The notes beneath the pieces were generated by a model. That model did not search any database and had not been told where the DNA came from. It was given only the letters and a program-made list of their open reading frames with translations. A DNA stretch of 64,000 nt from Blasia pusilla (taxonomy: Eukaryota). The stretch lies in the NCBI GenBank assembly GCA_050084515.1, contig CM114271.1:34286001-34350000 (forward strand), written 5' to 3'. This document shows, one piece after another, positions 12,701-24,782 of this stretch (within the stretch, counting starts at the first letter, position 1; every line of letters begins with the position of its first letter). A program made the translations under genes and the position numbers.

Positions 12701-14349
12701 CGGGCCTTACACGTGCTCTCTAATTCCTTCTCGTCCGCATCCAAGGGCACGCAGCCCTATGCAAAGCTCCCCACAACCTCGGAGCTCCCTTGCCCGGCCT
12801 TCGTTACACCCTGACCTTCTCTCCACGGGAGCTAACCCTCCCGCGGCTCCAAGTGACCTAACACGGCTCTACGACCTAGCGACTGTGACCTAGCCTAGCC
12901 GCCCTCACGGCGGCTATGGCGTTTTGCACAAAACTTCCCTTCCCATTTTGCGAAACTCACCGCTCACCCATCGATGACACTCTCTGCGCTACACCCAAGC
13001 GCTCTTGTTGCTACACTATGCAGTTGTACCCCATGAGCCCGCACCAACAAAATCTGAGAAAAACGGACAGCGCTTCTGTCGCTCCCCTACTCTCCTTGAA
13101 CGTCAATCTTTAGTGTTGCGGAAGCTTGCGTTCAGTAGGTCACGAACTCATCGCCGATCTGCACCCAAACACGCACTCTCGTTAGTCGGGTTTGGGCCAA
13201 CCGGCGTTCCAACCCACCGAGTCCTCAACTCGGCGTCTCATCAAGCTCAACCTTCCTTAGTTCCTAGCTTCCAAAACATGGCAAGTCCTTCAAGACTTGG
13301 AACAAACTTCCTGGTTAGTCCAGGGATGTGAAACGGCCCTTGTGCGCCTAGCGATCCCAACTGTTCAACGGTCCTCGGGTGAGTTTCGAACCGAGACCCA
13401 AGTAATTGAGTCGCGGCGTGAAATCCAAGAGGGATGTCTAAAATCGCCTCAGTGGACTTGGTGCAGGTTTTCCAACCCAACGCCCAAACTCGCGATCCGT
13501 TCCATGCCCTTGAGCCGACCCGCGGCGCCCAAAGTGGGGGTTTGGGTTCCAAGCACTCTCGGAGACCTTTCCCCTTACTAGTACTTCTGGGGTTCTCCAA
13601 TAACCCCTCCCCTTTGGGAAAAGAGGGTCGGGCCCTTCATTGTGGCCCTCAACCCGACTCCACTTACAGTCGTTTTCGGGTCGTATCTCGGCCGCTGCTT
13701 ATGCGTTTGCAGCGATCTTTAGTGGGTTTGGACCGGCTTTCCATAAGCTTTCCAACGCACCCTTATTTGCTCCAAATGCATCTCGGCGCTAAAAGTTATG
13801 GCCATAAATACAATCGGAAACTCTCAAACGCTAGTGGCGTTCCAAATCCGGATCGTCCCTTTGGCAACCCACTTCCTAGACTCGACTTCTTTCAAGTCTC
13901 ATTCCGCGTTTGGTCCAGGTTTCTCAGACGCAACCATAACGTCTGAAACGCAACTCCTCGCTCGCGTCTCGTCTCGTCTCTTGTCTCCTCTTTGAGACAA
14001 CTCCAACGTGCAAACCATCTTAGCGTGAGCCCGCTAATGTTCCGATGTTCCGCTTGGCACTTGTTTGGTCATGAGGGTCGCGATAGCTTCCGCGCACGGC
14101 CTTCTGAACAGAAAAATGACCAACACACGCGTCTCCAGGGGCTCCCGACCAAGGCAACTCACTTGCCTACCTGCAAACAACAAATTCCCACGAGCCCCCT
14201 GACATCTTTCTCATGTAAAAATAAAGAGTAGTAAAAATGGCACACCCGGCCTAAAACTCCACTCCTCAATCTACATCGGCATATCGAGCCTCGTCCACCC
14301 TCTGCTATTAAGGAATCCGGATGCTAGCACCCTAGTCCTATCTCACACA
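12701..14349 (-). repeat. Possible further LTR-like relative of family B, interrupted by the solo LTR
   Basis: Shares the CAGCGCTTC-CGC motif with family B. It ends ...CCTAGTCCTATCTCACACA, which loosely resembles the family-B end. The boundary is approximate. Confidence 0.35.
13077..14085 (-). mobile_element. Solo LTR of family A with 5-bp target-site duplication
   Basis: TGTCGC...GTCGCGATA is collinear with 4327-5327 and is flanked by GCTTC at 13072-13076 and 14086-14090. There is no PBS or internal region. Confidence 0.93.
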
Positions 14350-14990
14350 CATACAAGAGAGGTGTTCCAATGGCCCAACATTAGAAAGATGGCTTAGGAA
14401 ATCCATCTTCCTCTCTTATATAGGGTTGGCTCTTCCCCTCAAAATAGCCATCCCCTTGGTAACATGCACCCACAGGTTACCAGGGGCGGGTGACCTGGTC
14501 AACAAGTCACCCGGATGTGAAAGACCTCAACATGAAAATTGTCAGAAATGACGTTCCTGACACAATGGACCTATCTTCAACCTCATCTGACACCGTGGGA
14601 CAAAGTTACACTCAAGATAGTCTGCTGGCTCCTACGCCCTATCCATGATAGATCTCGGCCTATCGACTACTCAGATGTGACAAAGGGGAGGAATCAAGGA
14701 ATGAATAAAAAAAATGACAACATATCAACATAGAAAACCAACTCAACAAGCTACACAATTATTAACTTGAAACAAACCTGAAAAAATTAATAGTGAATGA
14801 TTAGATGTCAATGGACGACGAGGCAAGTGATCCCCGACCACTTTGACTTGACGTATCAACACCAATGCTTGTGTGTATTGTAATGCCATGGAGATGCATT
14901 TCGGAAAATAAGTAGTGTCTACATAGAGAGAAGGACCATGACAAGGGGCAAGGTGATGATTCTCGAGTGAGACCAGATGTTTTCACAAAA

Positions 14991-15051
14991 GTATCAAAAG
15001 ATACATGTAGGTGCCCATGTATCTTTTGATACATGGGCACCTACATGTATC
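14991..15051. repeat. Interlocking double inverted repeat
   Basis: Perfect 24-bp arms at 15000-15023 and 15028-15051 (TTTT loop) overlap perfect 17-bp arms at 14991-15007 and 15016-15032. Confidence 0.9.
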
Positions 15052-16199
15052 AAAATCCAGTAGTCGCATAAATAATAAATCCAGTAGTCGCATGTCTCAG
15101 TGGAAGACTTTAATCCATGATTCTTGCTTTGGCCACAAAACCTTTAGTATGTGCAACCCTAAACGGGTTGGATTAGTAACCACCACATCACCCAATAGAA
15201 AAAAACCACATGGAGACATAACAATATCAACTCTTTGATGAGTGATTTCTTGTGTAGTAGGGGGTAGAACATGTAGTTGTTCTCACCCAACAATGTACAT
15301 TGCAATACGAGCCAACGATGATGCCTCCTCTCTCATTATATCATGGGTTGACGTTCATTCTCCACCATATAAACATCACAGAATGTGGATAGACTTCTCA
15401 TCAATAGGCTCTAGGCATATACAATTTGGCAAACTTAGAAGAGAAGATGAGGAAGTCAAAGGCATAACCATAAGAGCTCAAGAGAATATACTTCCAAGAA
15501 GACGAACTGGAAGAATAAGAGGATTTTTCAGATTTGCAGTAAGCCATGCCCCCGCACAAGAACATAGACGATCTCGATGAATATCAGAGAATACTAGAAA
15601 TTTTGATTTGCTAAAAATTCTCAAAGATAAGCTCTTGAAGTTGATCAAGCGGCCAAGGTTTCACGGAAATAGACAAGTCCGTCCATGGGACGAACATGCC
15701 GCTCGGGTACCCGTAGCCTGCATCTAAGCCCCCCTTGCCACATATGGGTCTGAGCCCACCCTGTGGGCTTGGCTGGGAGCCACAAAACCAGTGTGAGCTC
15801 CGTCAGCCGAGTGTCCGCTATAGGCTCAATGGGCTCCGAGGGCAGACTCGGGTGCAAGTAACTGGGCCTACACGAACATGTCTGTCCTAGGGACGGACAT
15901 AGGTGCACAAACATTGACATATCCCCCGAACACGGACTTTTTTCATGTGCAACCCTGATCAAGTCCTTATGTGATTAATTGACTCAAAGGGGATGGAATT
16001 GCCTACGTAGTGAGTGGAAGAAGAACCAAGAAGATCCCAATGATTGTTGGAATAATATATCCCCCTCCTCTATATAGGCTACATGATCCATCTAGATACC
16101 TGCATCTCCTTCAAGAAAGAGCATTGGCAAAGAGCGGGCCACTCACGCGACAAGTTGATTGGAGGATAATATATTCCCAAAAGGTAGCATAGTGAGAAT

Positions 16200-18000
16200 A
16201 GATATTGGGCATATCATAAGGACAAAAGGAGTGAAAAAATGGAATGAGACTCGCAAGTTGTGATCTTGTAGATTGTAAATCCATATTGCACGAGAAACTA
16301 AATTAATACTTTAGCCACATCGACTTAAATTGCCACCCACTCTAGATGAATATCAAGATTGGAGTGTATCTCATGAACCATAGCTTCGTAACCACAAAGG
16401 ATGGCCACTCTAAATAGATGAGGAAATAAGTGAGGGATTTAGGTGAAAAAATTGCAAGTAGAGGGATCGACTAACCATGCGCCGATATGAAACCTCTCCA
16501 ATAGCCAAAGAATGCAAACTTGAAGGACGCTAATCCATAGCCAAAAAATGGCAAGCACCCAAGAGCCTAGAGAAATATATACACAAAAAAGACACCTATC
16601 AAATTTTTCGGGATAAAGCTATTGCAGAGATGCTACAATAGTGTAATACCATGCTTGATAGTTGGCTTGCTAATAAGTGCGAAGTATGAAGAAATGCCCT
16701 CGTGAAAACCTTCGAGTTAAGTTCCAAGTCAAGATCCGGTAAATAGTCTTGCAAAATGATAGTGCATCACCACTTGAAGGAGGTGAAGAGCTTCTAAGAT
16801 TGTCTTTCTCTTTGCACTCCAAACCGCCGGAAAGAGAGAACCTAATCATTTAGCTGTATATGAAAACTTAATAACTTGCCCCAAAAGTATGCTACATCCA
16901 ATGCATTGTTGTATTAAAGGCCTCCAATAATTGGCATGTTGGGTGGGATGAGCCTTTGCTCAAAGTAAATGTTGATTCTGAAGATTCTCCCAATCCCCAA
17001 ACATAAAGTGTTGAATACGCGATGAGGTTTGGCAATGACCCGTTACATCACCCTTAGGAGAAAGAAAAATAAATCCATTGGAAGAAGAATAATAGAAAAG
17101 GTAATGATGGAAAATTTAATGTTTGTTAGATGATGGGGCGAAGAGCAACATGAATACGTATGTATATCACAAAACTAGAAGCTACGTCATTCTGATATCA
17201 AGCAAAATGTAATATATATTTCATGTATTTATGATGTCATTTACATATTGAATCTTTTTTTTTAGTTTGTTCATAAAATTGGCATTAGAAGTTGATTGAT
17301 ATAAAAACTTAATATATAATTTTTATTTATTTGATATGAAAAATCAATATGAAAGTTAGGACTATTACATTTCGCGTTGAAACTATATCAAAGTTCGCAC
17401 CCTCTCACTTTCGTCATGTTAGTCTAAGTCGAGGGAGACAAGGATGAAAAGAACAAAGGAGATCAATTTGGCTAACCAAATCCAAGTAGTTATTGTGGGG
17501 AGTGTAGAAGGAAGTGGTATTGGGTTCAAGATTGAAGGTCCATGCATGGACTGAAAATAATGTTCATGTCTTTCGATCCCAATAGGAGCACCAAGCATGG
17601 AACATACCTTTGACATAGATTAAGAATAACTAAGGTTATAGGGGAAGGAGGTGGGAGGTGAATGAGATGATGATGGACCGCGATAAAAGGGTTAGTAGCT
17701 TGGGAAAGGAGGTGGAGTATGACGAAGGATAAGAATAGAAAAGATGAGAGGTCGAAGCAAGGGCTTAAATGAGATATGTGGGATTGCAAAGTGGTAGGAT
17801 TCGAGATTATAATATACAGAGATGAAGATAGGATAAAAGAAGGATAATGAGGAAATGTAGAGAGAGTAATGGTTAAATGAGTATTTTGAGAAAATTGACG
17901 AGATATACAATGAGGGGAAACAAGGGGAGAGGAGGTGATTGAAAGACGATGTGCAAAACCAGATAGGCAAGGAGATGGATAATCAAATTCCAAAGTAATT
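16200..18000 (-). mobile_element. Highly decayed non-LTR retrotransposon remnant, possibly CRE-like
   Basis: Fragmentary peptides occur in the expected order: MLGAPIG (~17590), LSGGL (~16830), GSWVLAI (~16560). There are many stops and the boundaries are approximate. Confidence 0.35.
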
Positions 18001-18020
18001 TGCAAGTCATTTTTTATGAT

Positions 18021-18148
18021 TGATTTGTATCAATACAAACTCAAAAGCACCTACAAATGACTTGCAAAATTGGGAGTCGAATGCTGATTTGTAACAATAC
18101 AAACTCAAAAGCACCAACAAATGACTTGCAAAATTGCGAGTCAAATGC
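18021..18148. repeat. Tandem duplication, 2 x 64 bp
   Basis: TGATTTGTA(T/A)CAATACAAACTCAAAAGCACC...AAATGACTTGCAAAATTG...AATGC at 18021 and 18085, with an inverted partial copy near 17999-18013. Confidence 0.85.
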
Positions 18149-19585
18149 ACGCATTGAATGAGCATTTTGCAGTTGAATTATGACTTATTTGTAATTTCTG
18201 ACTGAGTGTAAGAAAAAAGAACTTTCAAAACTCGCTGCCATTGCAATTTAGGAGTCAATTGTGAATGTACTACGGCTCTCACGACTCCCAAACTTGCCAT
18301 GAATGCAACATTGATTTAAGATATAGGATATGTAGGCAAGTGCAAAACACTAGGGCAAAATGTTATAAGCTAGGAATCACGCTTTAAATTGAATCAGTAT
18401 AAAATATATTTGCACACCAAACTAAGCACCAACAAAAAGGAAGAAATGTAAGAGAAAGCCCACTTGAAGTGAAAAGAACCACCTCTCAAAATTGGTTGTA
18501 ATATGACCAAGCAAGCCTAGAACTCATCCTCATAGAGGAGAAATTAAAAGGGGATCCGAGAAGAAAGTCACCTTCTAATGATAGACATTGATGGGTGCCA
18601 CAATGTTTGGGCCGAGAAGAACAGGAAGAACCTTTGATCCGATTGTAACGTCAAACATGTCATAAAAAAGATGTTACATGTATGTAATTGCATCCAAGAT
18701 TCAAGGCATCCATGACCACCTAGCTGGAATATAGAGAAATCCAAACTTTAAATGCTTGGAATGGAGGTGCACGAGGATCATAATATTGAAAAACTCAACT
18801 CCTCAACCAAACGGCACCCTATGAAACGGGTTCTAATTCACTCATGCAATGGATTCAGCCATGAAAACGTCGTTGCATTCGTAGGAGATGGCCTTCTTAT
18901 GTACGTCTATCCTTTCCACCCGCACGTTGACTCCACAAGAGAGGACTCTACTAAGAACATCGCACGCCAACACTAAAAGAGAACTCCTGCTTTGAACGAA
19001 CTACTCCCCGTTTCATACCACGAAGTGATGCGTTCTTGGGATATGAGGACAAAACCCTGGCAAGAAACGCCCGCTTCTCTCACTTGTGCAAGTTTGGTAG
19101 TTTTTACGATACATTCTACTACCGACCCACTGCCAACGCGGAAAAGAGAGGAGGTGCAGAAAGCATTTCTTAACCGACTCTGAGATCGTTGACTACGTCG
19201 TTTGTGTTCACCATCTCCAGCTGCTCCATTCAGAATTGGCCGAGCGCCTCCCACAGCGAGAGATTGCAAGCAGCTGCCGAGGTATCAAGTCATGTAAGCA
19301 CAAGAGCTTTCTCAAAGACGACAGTGCAAGGAGAAATTGGTGGTTTAGGGATTACGGAAACCACGAGGTTGTGTGGAATATTCTGCGAATGGAGACAATC
19401 GTAACCGCAATCTAATTATCTTCATAGGAGCAGATTTTTCCTGGACATAGGTTCTGGAACCGAACCCTAAAAAATGTGCCAGAATTGAATTAAATGTCGC
19501 GCTTCTGAAGAACGCTCTCGCTCCGCTCTCTTGATTTCATGACTGGTCGGTCTCGAGTGGACGAGAAGTTGGTTCTATAGCAAGA

Positions 19586-20044
19586 TCATGAGCCGTTCTC
19601 ACTTCTTCGTCTTCTTCTTCTAGATCTGGAAATTCTTGGGATTGGATCCCGCTCTACAATATTGGGAACAAGATTAGCTTCAAAGGTCGGGCCGCTCAGG
19701 AACAAATGTGCAATGAGAGTCGTAGTAGCCAACAGCGATATCTTCCACAACATGCCCACCCCTCGCGTCCCACGCCGCACTTCGTCGCCCCGGTCGTCAA
19801 CCTCAACCTCGGAATCCGCATCCATTCCGTCTGCCATATCCTCTCCTGCCGCCCTACTAACGCACAAATTCTTGAGTTCCTCTGTCGCCTTCGCCCAAAG
19901 ACTCTTAGATTCCTGCACTCCTAGTGACGAATTCGGGTTTGCACCTGCCTTCTGCCTCTCGTCCTCACTGCTACGTCTCTCCTCGTGCTCATTCTGGCGC
20001 GCACTACGAGCCACATCCGGCTCCAATTTCGCTCCCTCGCCCAT
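19586..20044 (-). CDS. Putative 152-aa orphan protein with an acidic N-terminal half, one hydrophobic helix and an Arg-rich tail
   Basis: ORF MGEGAKLEPDVARS...MLWKISLLATTTLIAHLFLSG...RSRRRRRRSENGS* lies in non-repetitive, GC-moderate DNA. A candidate acceptor (TTTCTGATCGGCAG) is just upstream. No family recognised. Confidence 0.5.
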   Translation of the reverse strand: MGEGAKLEPDVARSARQNEHEERRSSEDERQKAGANPNSSLGVQESKSLWAKATEELKNLCVSRAAGEDMADGMDADSEVEVDDRGDEVRRGTRGVGMLWKISLLATTTLIAHLFLSGPTFEANLVPNIVERDPIPRISRSRRRRRRSENGS

Positions 20045-22212
20045 GACCCTCACTCAACTCCAGTTTCTGCCGATCAGAAATTTACGCACTCCACTGCTGG
20101 TGCGGAATACACACATATGTTTCAAACTCTCTGGAAACGCTGATCAGAGCATAGTGACGCTGTAGATAGCGCCTGGGTGATTACGGTCGCGTCTATTACG
20201 ACACCCTCTTCCCTACATAGAGATTTCGACTAACGTTGCACATCCGTTCGAGAGGACAAACCTAAACCTGCTCTCGTTACGCAGCGATATCTCAAGTCAC
20301 TCCAGCGGAGGCACAATTAGATACAATCGCACGGCGAGAAAGTGGAGGGCAATGCGGTACGAACAAAATTTGTTGGAAATCATATCTCCCGAATCGGTGT
20401 TACGCTCTGTAAGCGATCTCGGTGCACAAGAAGACACGTCAACCGAGGACGTCGAGGTCCCTTTACAATCCAACGGAATGCACTTCATGCTCTTCCTCCC
20501 CTTTGCATCCTTTTCTCTGTGAGGTTGGCCAAGTCGACGAAGGCCGTAATCAGGCGATCTCTTACCGCTTTCGGCGAATAAGAGCATGCAATATCTGATA
20601 GTAAATGATATCCTCCTGCATGCATTCGAAGAGACCGCCGAGACAAGCCTCCGCACTCCAAAATCACTTCTCATCCACTGTCAACGAAGATATTCCTCCT
20701 CTCCTTAGGAATCTCCTCTTCACCGCCTACCACCCCGAGATTACCCTAAACCTTTGAGATTCACGGACCCTTAGATTGCACGGAGTTAGTGGATGACAGT
20801 TCTTGCGATTTGCGAGCTTTGAGCGACGAGCACGGCGGAAGCTCCGGATGTCATAAACCCTCAATGAACAGGGCGTCTCAGACTATGTATGCCCTGAGGA
20901 CGTATTCCTGCCCTTTTTATGTCTTCCTTTTCTGGTCTTATTGTGGCCTTCAGGTTTTGACTCTTTGAGTCCCTCTTTTGTATTTCCGATGGGTTTTCCA
21001 TCGAAGTGCATCTTTATTTCTTTTTCTTTTTTTTAATAGGCGGTAGATGTCCACTCCCGATTATTTCGCGCACAGGGTGTCGAACACGCGCACCAGCGGA
21101 TTATTTACCTCACAGCGTTTAATGAAAATAAAACGAGGGACGTATACGGCACGACGTTAGGCATGTTGGAATTTATTTATCTCTATTATTATTCGAGAGT
21201 GTCATGATTGAAAATATCATAGTTGGAAAAGATCTTTTTTATTTTCTAAGAGCAACCAAAATAGTTATGGAAGGGGTCTTCTTGGTCTGCAAACATCAAG
21301 AAGATCCAAATGAGATGTGAAATGAAAATGTCTCAATTTTATGTACGGCAAGAAAATGTCTTTCAATTTTATGGACAGCAAGAAAAAAAATTGTGTATAA
21401 TACGATTAGTCCCTACGCTCCTTTGCATTGTAGGAATTGCACAACAGCCTAATAATTAAAAGACACAAGTGTTTCCGCAAGTACCCAAAGCCTGCCACCA
21501 GTCTTTCTGGAGAGGGGGGGGAAACACCCAGATGTGCGCATGGATCTCGGTAGAAAATGGTTTCCAGGCTTCGGTGATTGCTTGCTTTGCTCAGTGGAGG
21601 AAAAATATGCTCTGGATCACTATCGAGGTCGATAGGACGGTCCGAGCCGCCGAGATGGCAGCGGAATACTGGTGATGTCGATTTCTTAATCGGGCTTCCA
21701 AAATCTTCCATGTTTTGAATTCTCATAGAGCGCGACACACCCACGCGAATCCAATTCAAGCTTGCGAAGGCGTCACAAATGCGTCCAGAGCCCATATGAG
21801 GGGAATAAATGCGAGAAAGCTTTCTCCTTTTGAAGAACACTCGCGGCAAAATAGTAACTGCCACTCCGAACTTCCACAGCTTTGTAAAAACCTTTGGAGT
21901 CCAGATCTCTTGCTGAATGGACTACAAGAGTAGAACCCAAATCAGGACTTAGACATTCCACTGTTGCCACGATTTTGATGGCCACTATATTCTTCACACG
22001 ACAGACTTGTACGTGTCTTGCGGGTGTACTTACAAAAACAACACCGCTGAGTCTCTGGAAGGCAGTATCAGTGTTTGGGAGATCACCAGTGAACCATTTG
22101 AAATGCAAGGTTGAACTCGACCACTTCCTTTTGCATAGAACCAGTGGTAGGCTTCACATCAGAGCTTTCTGAATATGACGATGTAATGCGGATGAGCCTA
22201 TCTCCAGTTGTT

Positions 22213-24782
22213 TCAAGTGGATGGACCAAGACCAAAATACTGGATAGCCTGCATGATCCCTGCTGCACATCTATGATCTGCTCTGAGTATATTATCTTTA
22301 ACGTCGAGAGCATCATACCACTGAACGAGCTCCTCCATTCCATTGCCGACCTGGGAGACGCATAAAATGCCATAACATCAAACCTGAGTTATCGAGTGTG
22401 AGACCTTTGACCAGCCTCGCAACTTTCTCAAAAACCCCGGGGGATGATGAGAAAGATCATCCTGGTTGCACACAAAGGAATCCTTGCGGAATTCCAGGCA
22501 GATCCAGATCGTCATTCACACGTTTGACTGTTGAAAGCCACTCTGTCCAATTTCAACAGAGTTTGATAACTGGTCCAAGCGAAACTTGGACTTGCTTGGC
22601 CAAGCATCAGCTCATACGTCTGCATGACCACATGATCAGTGCCCTAGCTTGGTGAAGGAAAAACACTCCACATCACCATCACACAGACCCATACAAAGAA
22701 CCCCCGAAGAAATTAGCCCCTAAGATCCACTGTTGAATCTCTGGTAGGTACAGACTGAAGTAGCTGCTGCAAGCAAACCACGATAAAACTAGCTCACAAA
22801 ATCGATCAGCTGGAAATTCATCTTCAAATACTTTCGGCCTATCTTGTATTGGGCCATCACGGTCCGTAAGTGATCGGTGGATTCAGAGGCGAGACATGGA
22901 CACTTACAATAACTCCCTTCACACCTTCGACACTGAAAAGCTCGATGTCATTCCCAGAATCTCCACACACCAACGTTGTCTTCGGTGCCAACTCTCTATC
23001 CTCCATCTGCCCCAGCAGATAAACAAGAGCTTCACCTTTCCCGGCTCTTTCGGGCAGCAAATCCAACGCATGGCTTCCACTATATATCAGCTTCACCTTC
23101 AACTGCTTGCCCCCACAAGATTCCCACCGTCTCCCATGGTATTATCAGGACAAAATCTTTTACATCTGATGAAGTCCCAAAGTTTTGTTCCCTCGTTTAG
23201 CACAACAAGCCCTCATGAACTTAAAACCATCTTCTCAACCTTAACCCGGTACCCCTTCATTCGATGGCAAGAATGTCTTGGCTACCTCAGAAGTCTAAAA
23301 ATCTCGAGCATCACTCAGAGTCACCAGGGTGGTCGAAACGCCCTCGCGTCAACGTCTGAGAACCGAGACCACACGCTAGAAAATATGCCAGTCCTATCCT
23401 ATCAGGAGCTGAAGAGACCAGTGCGTGGAAATTTCTGAAGCAGAATGACACATACCCCGACGTCCCGCAATCGGCTGGAGAGCTGTGCCATTATCTCCTC
23501 TGCAACATCCGCCTCCACAAAGAAGCTGACCTTGTGAGGGCGCTGTTCAGAGTCCTCCTGTCTTGGCTCCAAACAACGTGAATACATCAGATGTTTCCTC
23601 TGTGAGATTGTCTCACACTCACTCTATGCGGAACGATTTCAAGAACTGAAAGCCCAAATGACACTTCATGATCCGGAAAAGTTTAGAATTACAAGCCTGA
23701 AAACGAAGGGCTGGAAACTTCTGGGCCTCTTCCACTACCACATCACGATTCCATCCCTCGTCTAGAAACTCCTCCCACCCAACGTCGGGCTCCAAGGATG
23801 GACCGTAAAGTATCTCCGTCCCAACAGAGAAAATGCCCACATTTGGGGTCAAAAGGGGCACCTGTTTTCGAAGCTCTTGGTACTTCTTGGGAGAACGGCC
23901 ACTGGAGAAAACTAACACGGAATTATGGGCATAGTCTGCTGCCCACAGGGCGTTGAACCCCACCAGAGCCAAATTCTCGGGGTCCTCGTGATCGACCTGC
24001 AAACAGCGGTTCCTTCAGTACCAACACACTGGCCCAATGCCTCGGCACAATCTCGTGGGATTATAATCACTCAAAACGAAATTTCCTTCCATAGACTCGA
24101 AGATCACTCGCACAGGCCCGGTTTCGGGAGTTTAGGACGTTTGTGGACGAAGAACAGGAGCAATTCAATTGCGAGTCCGGTGCTATCGTTTGTTTACACG
24201 ATGGCATGAATTCAAAGTCTGCCACAGTAGTGTCTTCCACAAGCATTCAACTCGTCGTTGAAAATTGGACCTCTACTCCGTCGTTTCCATAATTCCTTTG
24301 TAGTGTCCAATGCCATTACAAACCAGCGCGTATGTTTGTGATCCCAGCTGCACCACATTGTCACCTGAATAGTTTCTCAATCACATATATCACCCCGACA
24401 CTGAAGAGCTCCCCTGTGAGGGGCTTCGTTTAAGACACATCCCACATACCATGGTGAAGTCCAAATCAGAGACAATCATAAGGTTGATTTTCTCCGTCGC
24501 AGGAACCACTTGGTGAATTGCTGAGGCAGCGCATGCTCGGACGGACCCAGATTGCGCACCCTGTTGGCTCTTCGGAATGCGGCCATAGCCCTTTCGACAT
24601 ACATTAGAAGAGCCTGTTGATCGGAAGGAAATCTTGACCGCTGCTTTCGATTGCGCCCCGAGTGCACACACTCGCACTGGTTGAATCAGGACCGAGCTCT
24701 CGTAAATCGCGTCATTCGCAAGGATCGAGAGCCCGAGGACGGTGGAGACGCGGGCGATAGAATCCTGACGAGTGAGCATCAT
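22213..24782 (-). CDS. SPP: Sucrose-phosphate phosphatase (HAD family), 5 exons, ~355 aa
   Basis: Exons: 24450-24782, 23697-23996, 23456-23557, 22908-23102, 22213-22350 (1068 nt, in frame). Motifs: [73 protein letters not shown]. Confidence 0.92.

Noticed and set aside
13434..13946. 170-aa ORF in the solo LTR, with similar peptides at 4862-5194
   Set aside because: The similarity just reflects LTR copies. The frame is broken in the other copies and no domain is recognisable.
18021..18148. CRISPR-like array
   Set aside because: Only two adjacent units with no spacers, in a eukaryotic context.
21406..22200. Possible exons for the missing SPP C-terminal domain
   Set aside because: I saw no matching peptide, and the last exon has an in-frame stop.
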